This document shows positions 44,868-61,010 of a stretch of DNA of 64,000 nucleotides, one piece after another (positions within the stretch are counted from its first letter, which is position 1; the number at the start of each line of letters is the position of its first letter). The position numbers and the translations under genes are program-made. The DNA lies in assembly GCF_009914755.1 (NCBI RefSeq), contig NC_060938.1. The stretch is one strand, 5' to 3'. The notes under the pieces are model-generated. The model ran no database searches. It was given only the letters and a program-made list of their open reading frames with translations, and was not told where the DNA came from. This stretch comes from the human T2T-CHM13v2.0 reference genome, Homo sapiens.

Positions 44868-45200
44868 CTGATAGATGTATGGCTAAATAATCTGATAGAA
44901 GGATAGGCAGACAGAGACACACAGACAAATAAACAGGAAAATGTACAATAGACAAAGAGAGACAGATTAGATGATAGAAAGGTAGACTTAGACACATACA
45001 CGTACAACTGACAAGTGTGTGTTTATATATATAGCACTCTGTCTTTACACAGATGTGAAGGCATAAACAGGCAAAGATAGACAGAAAAAGTAAACTAACA
45101 GAAGGATAGACCGACATATGGACAGACAGACAGAGATATACAGATAACATAGCTACAGAGAATCAGCCAGAGAGAGAAATAGAAGGACAACAGGCAAACA
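44868..45200. repeat. Degenerate (AGAC/AGAT)n purine-rich tract
   Basis: Read directly. Confidence 0.75.
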
Positions 45201-45251
45201 GAATGGCATATATATGTTTAGATTGATAAACACAGGAATAAAGCTAGATAA

Positions 45252-45270
45252 TAGATAGATAGATAGATAC

Positions 45271-45303
<33 letters not shown>
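45252..45303. repeat. Compound tetranucleotide STR [TAGA]4 TACA [TAGA]8
   Basis: Counted directly. Confidence 0.95.
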
Positions 45304-46124
45304 ATTAATGTGTATTACCTTAGCACCTTGGGACAGAAATTTTCTTAAGAAGGCACTATTATTTTTCAGGGATAAATTGATTAATATTGAGGGTAGAAGG
45401 TGAAAAATCTCAAAATATGTTTCTCTTGGAGGCATGGCAAAAGAATGAAAGTGGTAGTAGCTATGTTGTTCACATTGAGAAAGGGAAAAAATTTTTACTT
45501 GAAAAATCATGACTAAAATGAGAACTCTAAGCTTGGCATGAGATGGGCAGGTATGTTGATTTATATCACTGAATATAGGTTGTGCTGATTAAGGTATTTA
45601 GGAAAAGTCTAGCGTTTATGTTGACGTTATTTTGCATTTCAGTGGTTAAAATTCCTCCTGTACCAGTCAAATCTACAGTAAAATAAACCAAACTCACACA
45701 TCCTCTGTTATTTTTAGTTAATTTTGTTAATTAGTATTATATTTAGTCAGGTCTTGGTGTTCTTTTTTTATTATTTTTTGTAGCAAGATTATATTTACAA
45801 ATCTGGATTAATATAGAATGAATAAAAATGGTTTTTCATTTAAAGTGTGATAATCCATAAACCAAATTTATTATTGTATATGAAAGTTCCCTATTTAGAG
45901 GTAAATATGAAAATCTTAGGGAAGAATTTGGATTTCACCTGAGCGAAAATACACAGGTAATCTTCTTTAAACTCTGATGAAATATCTTCAGCTCTTCTGG
46001 GGTTAATCTACTTTCAATAGATTGTTGATTCAGTGAGTTTTTTTCTACTAAGGATCAAATGTTGCCAGGCACTGAATGGACACTGGATGCATTAAAGACA
46101 AATAAATAAATAAATAAAGTCTTT

Positions 46125-46163
46125 TTGTTGCTGTTATTGTTGGCGCTTCCAACTGTTTTTGTT

Positions 46164-46196
<33 letters not shown>

Positions 46197-46577
46197 ATAT
46201 ATGTGTGTCTGTGTGTGTGTGTGTATATATATATATGTTCTAGGGTTCATGTGCACAACGTTCAGGTTTGTTACATATGTATACATGTGCCATGTTGGTG
46301 TGCTGCACCCATTGACTCGTCATTTACATTAGGTATTTCTCCTAATGCTATCCCTCCCCCCTCCCCCCACCCCACAACAGGCCCCGGTGTGTGATGTTCC
46401 CCTGCCTGTGTCCAGGTGTTCTCATTGTTCAATTCCAACCTATGAGTGAGAACATGCGGTGTTTGGTTTTTTGTCCTTGTGATAGTTTGCTGAGAATGAT
46501 GGTTTCCAGCTTCATCCACGTCCCTACAAAGAACAGACCTGCAGCTGAGGGTCCTGACCATTAAAAGGAAAACTAAC
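46125..46577 (-). mobile_element. Short L1PA (PA4-6-like) insertion with inverted 5'UTR piece and atypical tail
   Basis: 17-bp TSD aaataaataaagtcttt (46108-46124, 46578-46594); L1 3' end at ~46237-46531; sense 5'UTR segment 46532-46580. Confidence 0.92.
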
Positions 46578-46619
46578 AAATAAATAAAGTCTTTGGGTAA
46601 TTGAACTTATATTTTTGCC

Positions 46620-47200
46620 TCATTGTTTTTGATGAGGTATTGGATGTCATATAAGTAATGTACCATTTCTATTTGGCTGCTTTCAAGGTATTTTTATTTT
46701 TATTTTTGTTTTTGTTTTTTAGGGGCTTATTTTTCAGAGTTTTAATTATGATGTGTCCTGTTTGTTATATATTAGGTGTGTTCTGCTTCTTGATTCTGAA
46801 GGCTATTCTCATTTGACAAATTTGACATGTTTTCATCTATTATTTCTTTAAGGACTATTTTGATCTTGCTTCACTGTTCATTGGGATTCCAATGATATTA
46901 ATGTTAACTCATTTGTTACTGTCCCATTGGTTCAAGGGCCTTTGTTTATTTTTTATTTCCTCCTTGCTGTTCAGAATAGGTAAGTTTTTTTGTTCAGGAC
47001 TTGAGTTCACTTAATTTATCTTCTATCATTCTCACTCCACTACTGAGTTTATCAAGTGAGTTTTGTTATTATTATCATATATTTCAGCTCTGTAATTTTC
47101 AGGTGAATTTTTTTAAACTTCCAATTCACTGTTAAGATTTTTCATTTCTTAATTTGTTTACAAAGCATTTGTAATTGCTTGTTAGATCATTTTCATAATA
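46620..47200 (-). mobile_element. Old L1M (MC/MD-like) ORF1-region relic; continues at 56235-56945
   Basis: tggctgctttcaag, tttaattatgatgtgtc, gggattccaatga, tactgtcccat. Confidence 0.6.
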
Positions 47201-47925
47201 GCAGCTTTATTTTTGTATTTTTAAATTTTTCTTCTTTTTTTCCAACTTTTATTTTTTACTCAAGGGATACATGTGTAGGTTTGTTACATGGGTAAATTGC
47301 ATATCATGCGGCTTTGGTATACAGATAAAACTGACACCTAGATAATCATCGTAATACCTGATATGTAGTTTTTCAATCCTCACTCTCGTCTCATTCTCCA
47401 CTCTCAGTTAGGCCCCAATGTCTTATTCCCTTCTTTGTGTCCATATGTCCTCAATATTTAGCTCTCACCTGTGAGAACGTGCAGTATTTGATTTTCTGTT
47501 CATGCTTCAGTTTGTTTAGGATTATGGCCTCTAGCTCCATCCATGTTGCTACAAAGGCCATGATCAACTTTATTTTTAAATAGCTGTGTAGTATTCCATG
47601 GTGTAGGTACCACATTTTTTTATCCAGCCCACCATTCATGGACATTAAGGTTGATTCCATGTCATTGCTATTGTGAATAGTGCTGCAATAAACATATGCA
47701 TTTGTCTTTTTATTATTATTATTATACTTTAAGTTTTAGGGTACATGTGCACATTGTGCAGGTTAGTTACATATGTATACATGTGCCATGCTGGTGCGCT
47801 GCACCCACTAACTCATCATCTAGCATTAGGTATATCTCCCAGTGCTATCCCTCCACCCTCCCCCCACCCCACAACAGTCCCCAGAGTGTGATATTCCCCT
47901 TCTTGTATCCATGTGATCTCATTGT

Positions 47926-51762
<3,837 letters not shown>

Positions 51763-51810
51763 TTATTTTGCTCGTTAGTTGATGCAGTTTCTTCCTAGTC
51801 TTGATGGTCT

Positions 51811-52825
51811 TTACATTTTGGCATGATTTTGCAGGGGCTGGTACCGGTTTTTCCTTTCCATATTTAGCACTTCCTTCAGGAGCTCTTTTAGGGCAGGCCT
51901 GGTGTGACAAAATCTCTCAGCATTTGCTTGTCTGTAAAGGATTTTATTTCTCCTTCGCTTATGAAGCTTAGTTTGGCTGGATATGAAATTCTGGGTTGAA
52001 AATTCTTTTCTTTAAGAATGTTGAATATTGGCCCCCACTCTCTTCTGGCTTGTAGGTTTCTGCTGAGAGATCCGCTGTTAGTCTGATGGGCTTCCCTTTG
52101 AGGGTAACCCGACCTTTCTCTCTGGCTGCCCTTAACATTTTTTCCTTCATTTCAACTTTGGTGAATCTGACAATTATGTGTGTTGGAGTTGCTCTTCTCG
52201 AGGAGTATCTTTGTGGCGTTCTCTGTATTTCCTGAATCTGAACGTTGGCCTGCCTTGCTAGATTGGGGAAGTTCTCCTGGATAATATCCTACAGAGCGTT
52301 TTCCAACTTGGTTCCATTCTCCCCATCACTTTCAGGTACACCAATGAGACGTAGATTTGGTCTTTTCACATAGTCCCATATTTCTTGGAGGCTTTGCTCA
52401 TTTCTTTTTATTCTTTTTTCTCTAAACTTCCCTTCTCCCTTCATTTCATTCATTTCATCTTCCATCGCTGATACCCTTTCTTCCAGTTGATCGCATCGTC
52501 TCCTGAGGCTTCTGCATTCTTCACGTAGTTCTCGAGCCTTGGTTTTCAGCTCCATCAGCTCCTTTAAGCACTTCTCTGTATTGGCTATTCTTGTTATACA
52601 TTCTTCTAATTTTTTTTCAAAGTTTTCAACTTATTTGCCTTTGGTTTGAATGTCCTCCCATAGCTCAGAGTAATTTGATCGTCTGAAGCCTTCTTCTCTC
52701 AGCTCGTCAAAGTCATTCTCCATCCAGCTTTGTTCTGTTGCTGGTGAGGAACTGCGTTCCTTTGGAGGAGGAGAGGCGCTCTGTTTTTTAGAGTTTCCAG
52801 TTTTTCTGTTCTGTTTTTTCCCCAT
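51811..52825 (-). pseudogene. ORF1: L1 ORF1p, disrupted by a stop at 52631 and further lesions
   Basis: MGKKQNRKTGNSK start; fragments 52631..52825, 52289..52555, 51968..52150. Confidence 0.93.
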
Positions 52826-53730
52826 CTTTGTGGTTTTATCTACTTTTGGTCTTTGATGATGGTGATGTACAGATGGGTTTTTGGTGTGGATGTCCTTTCT
52901 GTTTGTTAGTTTTCCTTCTAACAGACAGGACCCTCAGCTGCAGGTCTGTTGGAATACCCTGACGTGTGAGGTGTCAGTGTGCCCCTGCTGGGGGGTGCCT
53001 CCCAGTTAGGCTGCTCGGGGGTCAGGGGTCAGGGACCCACTTGAGGAGGTAGTCTGCCCGTTCTCAGATCTCCAGCTGCGTGCTGGGAGAACCACTGCTC
53101 TCTTCAAAGCTGTCAGACAGGGACATTTAAGTCTGCAGAGGTTACTGCTGTCTTTTTGTTTGTCTGTGCCCTGCCCCCAGAGGTGGAGCCTACAGAGGCA
53201 GGCAGGCCTCCTTGAGCTGTGGTGGGCTCCACCCAGTCCGAGCTTCCTGGCTGCTTTGTTTACCTAATCAAGCCTGGGCAATGGCAGGCGCCCCTCCCCC
53301 AGCCTCGCTGCCGCCTTGCAGTTTGATCTCAGACTGCTGTGCTAGCAATCAGCGAGACTCCGTGGGCGTAGGACCCTCCGAGCCAGGTGCCGGATATAAT
53401 CTCGTGGTGCGCCGTTTTTTTAAGCCCGCCGGAAAAGCGCAGTATTCGGGTGGGAGTGACCCGATTTTCCAGGTGCTGTCCGTCACCCCTTTCTTTGACT
53501 CGGAAAGGGAACTCCCTGACCCCTTGCGCTTTCTGAGTGAGGCAATGCCTCGCCCTGCTTCGGCTCGCACACGGTGCGCGCACCCACTGACCTGCGCCCA
53601 CTGTCTGGCACTCCCTAGTGAGATGAACCCGGTACCTCAGATGGAAATGCAGAAATCACCCGTCTTCTGCGTCGCTCACGGTGGGAGCTGTAGACTGGAG
53701 CTGTTCCTATTCGGCCATCTTGGCTCCTCC
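52826..53730 (-). promoter_or_regulatory. L1 5'UTR: internal sense promoter (minus) and antisense promoter (firing on plus)
   Basis: Only CpG-dense block in the window; YY1 motif intact; established L1 architecture. Confidence 0.8.
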
Positions 53731-53784
53731 GCATTTGTTTTTATGGTGGTAAGATTCATATTCCCTTGGTTATACACCCAGTAA
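53281..53784 (+). CDS. ORF0: L1 ORF0, frameshift-extended to 167 aa
   Basis: MAGAPPPASLPPCSLISDCCASNQRDSVGVGPSEPG N-terminus inside ORF 53212..53784; expression unknown. Confidence 0.6.
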   Translation: MAGAPPPASLPPCSLISDCCASNQRDSVGVGPSEPGAGYNLVVRRFFKPAGKAQYSGGSDPIFQVLSVTPFFDSERELPDPLRFLSEAMPRPASARTRCAHPLTCAHCLALPSEMNPVPQMEMQKSPVFCVAHGGSCRLELFLFGHLGSSAFVFMVVRFIFPWLYTQ

Positions 53785-54830
53785 TGGGATTGCTGGGTCT
53801 AATGGTAGTTCTATTTTAAGTTCTTTGAGAAATCTCCAGACTGCTTTCCACAATGCCTGAACTAACTTGCAATCCCACCAGCAGTGTATAAGCATTCCCT
53901 TTTCTCTGTAAACTCACAAGCAAACCACCAAAAAATAACCTCTGTTATTTTTTGACTTTTTATTAATAGCCATTCTGACTGGAATGAGATTGTTTCTCAT
54001 TGTGATTTTGATTTGCATTCCCTAATGATTAGTGATAGAGTATTTTTTCAAATGCTTGTTGGACTCCTGTATGTCTTCTTCCAAGAAGGGTCTGTTCAGT
54101 TCCTTGGCCATTTGCCATTTTAACGGGGTTGTTTGTGTTTTGTTTGTTGACTTACGTGAGTTCCTTACAGATTCTTGATATTAAGACTTTGTCAGATGGA
54201 TAAGCCAACAAAGAAACATTTGCAAATGTTTTCTCCTATTCTTTAGATTGTTCATTTACTTTGTTGATAGTTTATTTTGCTGTGCAGAAATTCTTTATTT
54301 TAATTAGGTCCTAATAGTCAATTTTTAGTTTTGTTGCAATTGCTTTTGGAGTCTTTTTTATGGAGTCTTTGTATAGGCTGATGTCCAGAAAAATATTTTC
54401 CAGATTACCTTCTAGGATCATTACAGTTATAGGTTTTACATTTAAGTCTTTAATCCATCTAGAGTGGATTTTTATGTATGGTGAAATGTAAGAGTTCAAT
54501 TTTAATCTTCTATATATGGCTAGCCTGTTATTACAGCAGCCTTTAGTGAATAAGGAGTCCTTTCTTCATTACTTGTTTTTGTCAGCTTTGTCGAAGACCA
54601 GATGGTCGTAGGTATGCAGCTTTATTTCTGGGTTTTTTAACCTGTTTTATTGGCCTATGTGTCTGTTTTTGCACACATATTGTACCTTTGTAGTATAGTG
54701 TGAAGTCAGGTAGTGTGATGTCTCAACTTTGTTGCCTTTATCTAGGATTGCTTTGGCTGTTCAGGCTCCTTTTTGGTTCCAAATGAATTTTAGATTTTTT
54801 TTTTCTATTTCTGTGAAAAGTGTTATTGAT

Positions 54831-55044
54831 TGATTGATTGTTGTTGTTGTTGTTGTTGAGACAGGGTCTCACTCTGCCACCCATGCTGGAGTGGAGTGGC
54901 ATGAACATGGTTCACTGCAGCTTGAACTAATGGGCTCAAGTGATCCTTTTGCCTCAGGCTCCCAAGGATGCCTGGCTATTTTCTGTAAATTTTGTAGAGA
55001 TAGGGTTTTGCCATGTTACCCAGGTTGGTCTCTAATTCCTGTGC
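54831..55044 (-). mobile_element. AluJ, 5'-truncated and internally deleted, with (TTG)n/(TTGA)n tail
   Basis: gagacagggtctcactctg, gggctcaagtgatcc, gtagagatagggttttgccatgtt; ttgat on both sides. Confidence 0.88.
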
Positions 55045-55688
55045 TTGATAGTTTGATGGGAACAGCACTGAATCTGTATGTAGCTTTGGGCAGTATGGCC
55101 ATTTTAACAATATTGATTCTTTCTATCCATGAGCATGGAATGTTTTCCAATTTGTTTGCATCATTTGATTTCTTTCAGCAGTGTTTTATAATTCTCATTA
55201 TAGCGATCTTTTACCTCCCTGGTTAGCTGTATTTTTAGTTTTTTTTTTCTTTTTGTGGCAATTGCTAATGGGTTTGCATTCTTGATTTGACTCTCAGCTT
55301 AGATGTTTTTGGGATGTAGAAATGCTACTGATTTTTATATATTGATTTTGTATCCTGAGACTTTGCTAAAATTGTTTTGCATCTAGTAGTCTTTGAGCAG
55401 AGACTAAGGGCTTTTTAGATATACTATTATATCATATCTTCTGTGAAGAGAGATAGTTTGATTTTCTGTCTTCTTATTTGGGTGCCTTTTATTTCTTTCT
55501 CTTGACTGATTGCTCTGGCTAGGACTTTCAGTAGTATGTTGAACAGGAGTGGTGAGAGTCGTTTTCCTTTTCTTCTTCCAGTTCTCAAAAGGAATACTTT
55601 TAGCTTTTGCTCGTTCAGTATAATTTTGGCTGCGTGTTTGTCATAGATGGCCCTAATTATTTTGAAGTAAGTTTCTTTAATGCCTGAT

Positions 55689-55763
55689 ATTGAAGTTTTT
55701 TTAACATGAAGTTGTTGTTGAGGGTTTTTTAACGTGAATTTATTGAGGGTTTTTAACATGAAG
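55689..55763. repeat. ~26-bp unit triplicated inside old L1 ORF2
   Basis: ttga(ag/gggt)ttttt aac(a/g)tgaa x3. Confidence 0.85.
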
Positions 55764-56234
55764 GAATGTTGAATTTTATCAAAAGCCTTTTCTGTGCCTA
55801 TTAAGATGATCATGTGGTTATTGTTTTTAGTTCTGTTTATGTGATGTATCACAGTTAGATTTGCACAGGTTAAACCAACTTTGCATGGCAGGAATAAAAC
55901 CTACATGGTCATGGTTGGATTAGCTTTTTGATGTGCTTCTAGATTTGGATTGCTAGTGTTTTACTGAGGATTTTTGCATTTGTGTTCATCAGGGATACTA
56001 TAAGTTTTATCTTTTCATTTTGTCTTTGCCAGATTTTGGTATCAGGATGATGCTGGCCTTATAGAATGAGCTAGGGAGGAGTTCCTCCTCCTTGAATTTT
56101 TGGAATAGTATCAGTAGGATTGTGACTGGCTTTTCTTTTTGCCTCTGGTAGAATTCAGCTGTGACTCTGTCTGGTCCAGGGCTGTTTTCCCGTTGGTAGG
56201 TTTTTAAATTACTGATTCATAGCGCTTTTATTTG

Positions 56235-56945
56235 TCCTACCTACTGCCACCTTCATAAGTCTTGTTGCTTCTGTTTAAGGAAGGAGGCTCAGTTTGCTCC
56301 TGGACTCCACTAGCTAGAGAATCAGAGAATTGACTGCCTCTTTCTAGCAGACAACTGAAGATCAGCTCTATACCAACAACACACAGTGGATAATTTGTAG
56401 TGTCATTACCTTCTGTGTGTGTGGGAGAGGAACTGGCTAAAATATAGGTCTTTGCATGGCCTTATCAACACTCACTAGGTAGAGGAATCAGAGTATTTCT
56501 GCCTGAAACTGTTGCGGTTGAAGGTGAGAGAGAGAAGATGAGGTGTATAAATGTGTATCCATTTTCTTTTTCCATTAGTGTTTGGCTGGAGTTAGAGTAA
56601 GCATTGCTAAGAAAGATTTTTGAGTTGTTAGGACACACTTTTGGGACTTTTAGCTAGGGAGAACACTGCTTTCTTGGATCTACTTTAGCTGCACCCGATG
56701 GCAGTTCCCAGTCGGAAGTTTCTGCAGCACTCTGACTGAGTAATACGGCATATAATAAAGATATACAGGAGACTCACTACCACATTGTTCCTCAGGTTCT
56801 AAATTTACCAGCCCATCCATTTGCTTCATTTCACTATACACAGTCTTCATAAGCTTGTTTGTTTTGCTATGTCTAGAGTACTTGTTTGTAAGAGGAAGAA
56901 CCTGGAAGGCATGGGATACTCCATCTTGTCCAGAATTGGAAGTCT
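56235..56945 (-). mobile_element. Old L1M (MC/MD-like) 5' end
   Basis: ttagctagggagaaca, actcactaccacattgttcctcag, terminal tactccatcttgtccagaattggaagtc. Confidence 0.6.
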
Positions 56946-57325
56946 GAGCTTTGTTCTTTTAATAGTTAGCTGCAGAGTTCTTCTTAGAGAGTTTACTTGG
57001 GAAATATTTTAAGATTGTTACAATAGAAACAAAGGCCCTTAGCAAAAATATGACTGTGTATAAATCTGAAAAATAAAGGACAGTTACGATGCTCTTCTTC
57101 TTAAAAGGTTAAAAAAGTATTCTTTGAAGGAGATAAGAAATAACAGAAGATATTAATATAAATGGAAGAGTATGTGGTACAGATATCCTAGGAAAATTCC
57201 CAAGCAGATGAATATTCTATGGACTTTAAAGAACACAGATGGACAATGTTAAATTTAAATTTAATGTCATGGATGTGAGGGCAAAACAAATTAATAACTT
57301 TAAAATTCAAAGGTGTCTTATGCAG

Positions 57326-59624
57326 TGTATTAGTGCATTTTCACACCGCTGATAAAGATGTACCCAAAACTAGCTAATTTGTCAAGAAAAAAAGATTCGA
57401 TGAACTCACAGTTCCACATGGCTGGGGAGGCCTTACAATCATGGAGGAAGGCAAGGAGGAGCAAAGTCACATCTTACATGGTGGCAGACAAAGAGAATGA
57501 GAGCCAAGCAATAAGGCAAACCACTTATAAAACCATCAGATCTTGTGAGGCTTATTCAGTACCATGAGAACAGTATGGGGGAAACCACCCGCATGATTCA
57601 ATTATCTCCCACCAGTTTCCTCCCACAACATGTGAGAATTATGGGAGTACAATTTGAGATGAGATTTGGGTTGGTACACAGTCACAACTTATCATTCCAC
57701 CCCTGGCCACTCCCAAATCTCATGTCCTCACATTTCAAAACCAGTCATGCCTTCCCAGAAGTCCCACAAAGTCTTAACTCATTTCAGCATTAACCCAAAA
57801 GTCCATAGGTCAAAGTCTCATCTGAGACAAGGCAAGTTCCTTCTGCCAATGAGCCGGTAAAATCAAAAGCAAGTTTGTTACTTCCTAGATACGATGGGGC
57901 TACATGCATTGATTAAATATGCCCATTCCAAATAGGGGAAATTGGACAAAACACAGGGGCTACAGACTCCATGTAATTCCAAAATCCAGAAAGGCAGTCA
58001 AATCATAAAGCTCCAAAATGATCTTCTTTGAGTCCATGTCTCACATCCAGGTCACACTGATGCAAGAGGTGGGTTCCCATGGTCTTGGGCAGCTCTGGCC
58101 CTGTGACTTTGCTGCAGGCTGCAGGTACAGCCTCCCACCAGGCTGCTCTCATGGGCTGACGTTGAGTGTCTGTGGCTTTTCCAGGCACAGGGTGCAAGCT
58201 GACAGTGGATCTTTCATTCTGGGGTCTGGAGAATGGTGGCCCTCTTCTCACAGCTCCACTAATCAGTGCCCCAGTGGGGACACTGTGTAAGGGCATCAAC
58301 TCCACATTTCCATTCTATACTTCCCTAGCAGAGGCTCTCCATGAGGGCCCTGCACCTACAGCAAACTTCTGCCTGGGCATCCAGGTTTTTTATACATCCT
58401 CTGAAATTCAGGCAGAGATTCTGAAACCTTAGTTCTTGACTTCTGTATACTTGCAGGCTCAACACCACGTGGAAGCTGCCAAGGCTTGGGGCTTGCACCC
58501 TCTGGAGCCATGACCTGAGCTGTACACTGGCCCCTTTAGCCACAGCTGAAGCAGCTGGGACATAGGGCACCAAGTCCCTAGGCTGCATACAGCAGGAGGG
58601 CCCCGGGCCCAGCCCACAAAAATATTTTGTCCTCTTTGACCCCTGGGCTTGTGATGGGAGGGGCCGCCCTGAAAGTCTCTGACATGCCCTGGAAACATTT
58701 TCCCCATTGTCTTGGCAATTAACATTTGTCTTCTCATTACTTAAGCAAATTACTGCAGCCAACTTGAATTTCTCCTCATAAAATGTTTTTTATCTATCAC
58801 ATCATCAAGCTGTAAATTTTCTGAACTTTTATACTGTTTTCCTTTTAAAACAGAATGGTTTTTAACAGCACCCAAGTCACATCTTGAATGCTTTGCTGCT
58901 TAGAAGTTTCCTCTGCCAGATACCCTAAATCATCTCCATCAAGTTCAAAGTTCCACAAATCTCTAGGACAGGAGCAAAATGCTGCCAGTCTCTTTGCTAA
59001 AACATAGCAAGAGTCACCTTTATTCCAGTTCCACTGAAATTCCTCATCTCCATCTGAGACCACCTCAGTTTGGATTTCATTGTCCATATCATTATCAGCA
59101 CTTAGGTCAAAGCCATTCAACAAGTCTCTAGGAAGTTCCAAACTCTCCCACATTTTCGTGTCTTCTCCTGAGCCCTCCAAACTGTTCCAAACTCTGCCTT
59201 TTACACAGTTCCAAAGTTGCTTCCACATTTTCAGGTATCTTTACAGTAGCACCCCACTCCTGGTTCCGATTTATTGTATTAGTCTGTTTTCATGCTGCTG
59301 ATAAAGACATACCCAAAAATGGGTACTTTGTAAAGAAAAATAGGTTTAATGGACTCACATTTCCATGTGGCTCAATCATGGCTGAAGGTGAAAGGCACAT
59401 CTTACATGGTTGCAGGCAAGAGAGAATGAGAACCAAGTGAAAGGAGAAACCCCTTATAAAACCATCAGATTTTGTGAAACTTATTCACTATCATGAAAAC
59501 AGTATGGGGAATATCATCCACATGATTCAGTGATTCCCCACCAGGTCCCTCCCATAACACATGGGAATTATGGGAGCTACAATTCAAAATGAGATTTGGG
59601 TGGGGACACAGCCAAGCCATATTA
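57326..59624 (-). mobile_element. Full THE1 (THE1C-like) MaLR provirus: 3' LTR 57326-57694, internal 57695-59274, 5' LTR 59275-59624
   Basis: Two tgtattagt...at(c/t)a LTRs; ~1.6-kb internal region with THE1 ORF remnants (58845..59228 WESLELPRDLLNGFD). Confidence 0.95.
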
Positions 59625-60049
59625 TTTAGTGTTTAATCTATTTGTTTTGTGGAAATTATAAAAGGTATGAAATTATTTTCTGGATTGATATGGCAAAAAA
59701 TATAAATAGTACATATGGAATAGCACAAGAGTCATAAGTTGGATTTATTAGAAACAAGATCTCTGAGATGGGCCTGACCATAGGACTCCAACTTCTTGTC
59801 TCTCTACCATCATCACTTCTGTATGTAATAAAATCTTAAGGAAGTTTAGAAACCATGAAAAGTCATAGAAAGCTAGGTTTTAATGTAAAACTCAAATACA
59901 CATAAGGAAAATAAAGATATATGTATCTAACTAGATCACAGGTTTTATCCTTGTACATATATACAGAGGAAAATGTCTGACAAAATAGACATTGAACTCT
60001 TTCTTGAAAAGCAAAATACCTATGTTATTCAGAGAGGTATAAAGATGCA

Positions 60050-61010
60050 TATATTAAAATTGCCTTCAGAAACATTAAAGAATAAGCTAAAATAGAATAT
60101 TTTTGCAAATCATATATCTAATGGACAATTTTTATCCAGAATACATAAATAAATCTTGCAACTCAAAAATAATGAGGAAACAATCCAATTCAAAAAATAG
60201 ACAAGACATTTAAATAAGCTTTTCATCAAGAAAGACATACAAATTGTTATTAAGCATTATAAAATGTTTGCAACATCATTAGGCAATAGGAAATTAAAAA
60301 TTAAAATCACAATGATATCTTATTATAAAATAACCAGAAGGACCATGATATAAAAGATAGTCAATGCCAAGTATTATAAGGTTTTCAAGAAACTGGAGCC
60401 CTCCTAAATTGCTGGTGCAAATAAAAATAGTACAACCTCTTTGCAAAAGTCCATCTGTTTCTTAAAAAGCTAAACATAAGCTTATCATATGACCAGCAAT
60501 TTTTGTCCTAAAAATCTATCCAAGAGAATTGAAATGCTAGATACACTCTCCACTCAAAGCTTAATATGCCAATGTTCATAGAAGCATTGTTCATAATAGC
60601 TAAAAAGTAGAAACCCAACTGGTGAATGGATAAACAAATGTGATATATCCACGTAATGGAATACTATAAATAAATAATAAGGAATAAATTATACATCTGG
60701 AAGATGAATTGACTTCAAAGTCTTTATGAAGGAAGCAAGACACAAAATACTATGTATTATATGTCCTCGTTTACATAAAATGTTCAGAACAAATTTAGGT
60801 AAATAGAAATCATATCTATAGTAACCTGGGGATGGGGATGGATGTGAGGATTGGCTTTCAGCAGGTTCAATGGAAAATTTAAATTAGACCATGTTGGTTG
60901 TGCAACTCTATAAACTTATTAAATTGTAAATAACTAAAATTTATTGAATTGTAAATAACTATGTATGAATGTTTTGTTTAAATCATACCTCAATAAAGCT
61001 GTTAAAATAC
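60050..61010 (+). mobile_element. Old L1M (MB/ME-like) ORF2 end and 3'UTR
   Basis: atttttgcaaatcatatatcta, gaaactggagccctc, ggtgaatggataaacaaatgtg, atacctcaataaagctgttaaaa. Confidence 0.82.

Noticed and set aside
57358-59301. Multiple overlapping ORFs
   Set aside because: Broken THE1 internal ORF, LTR and antisense frames.
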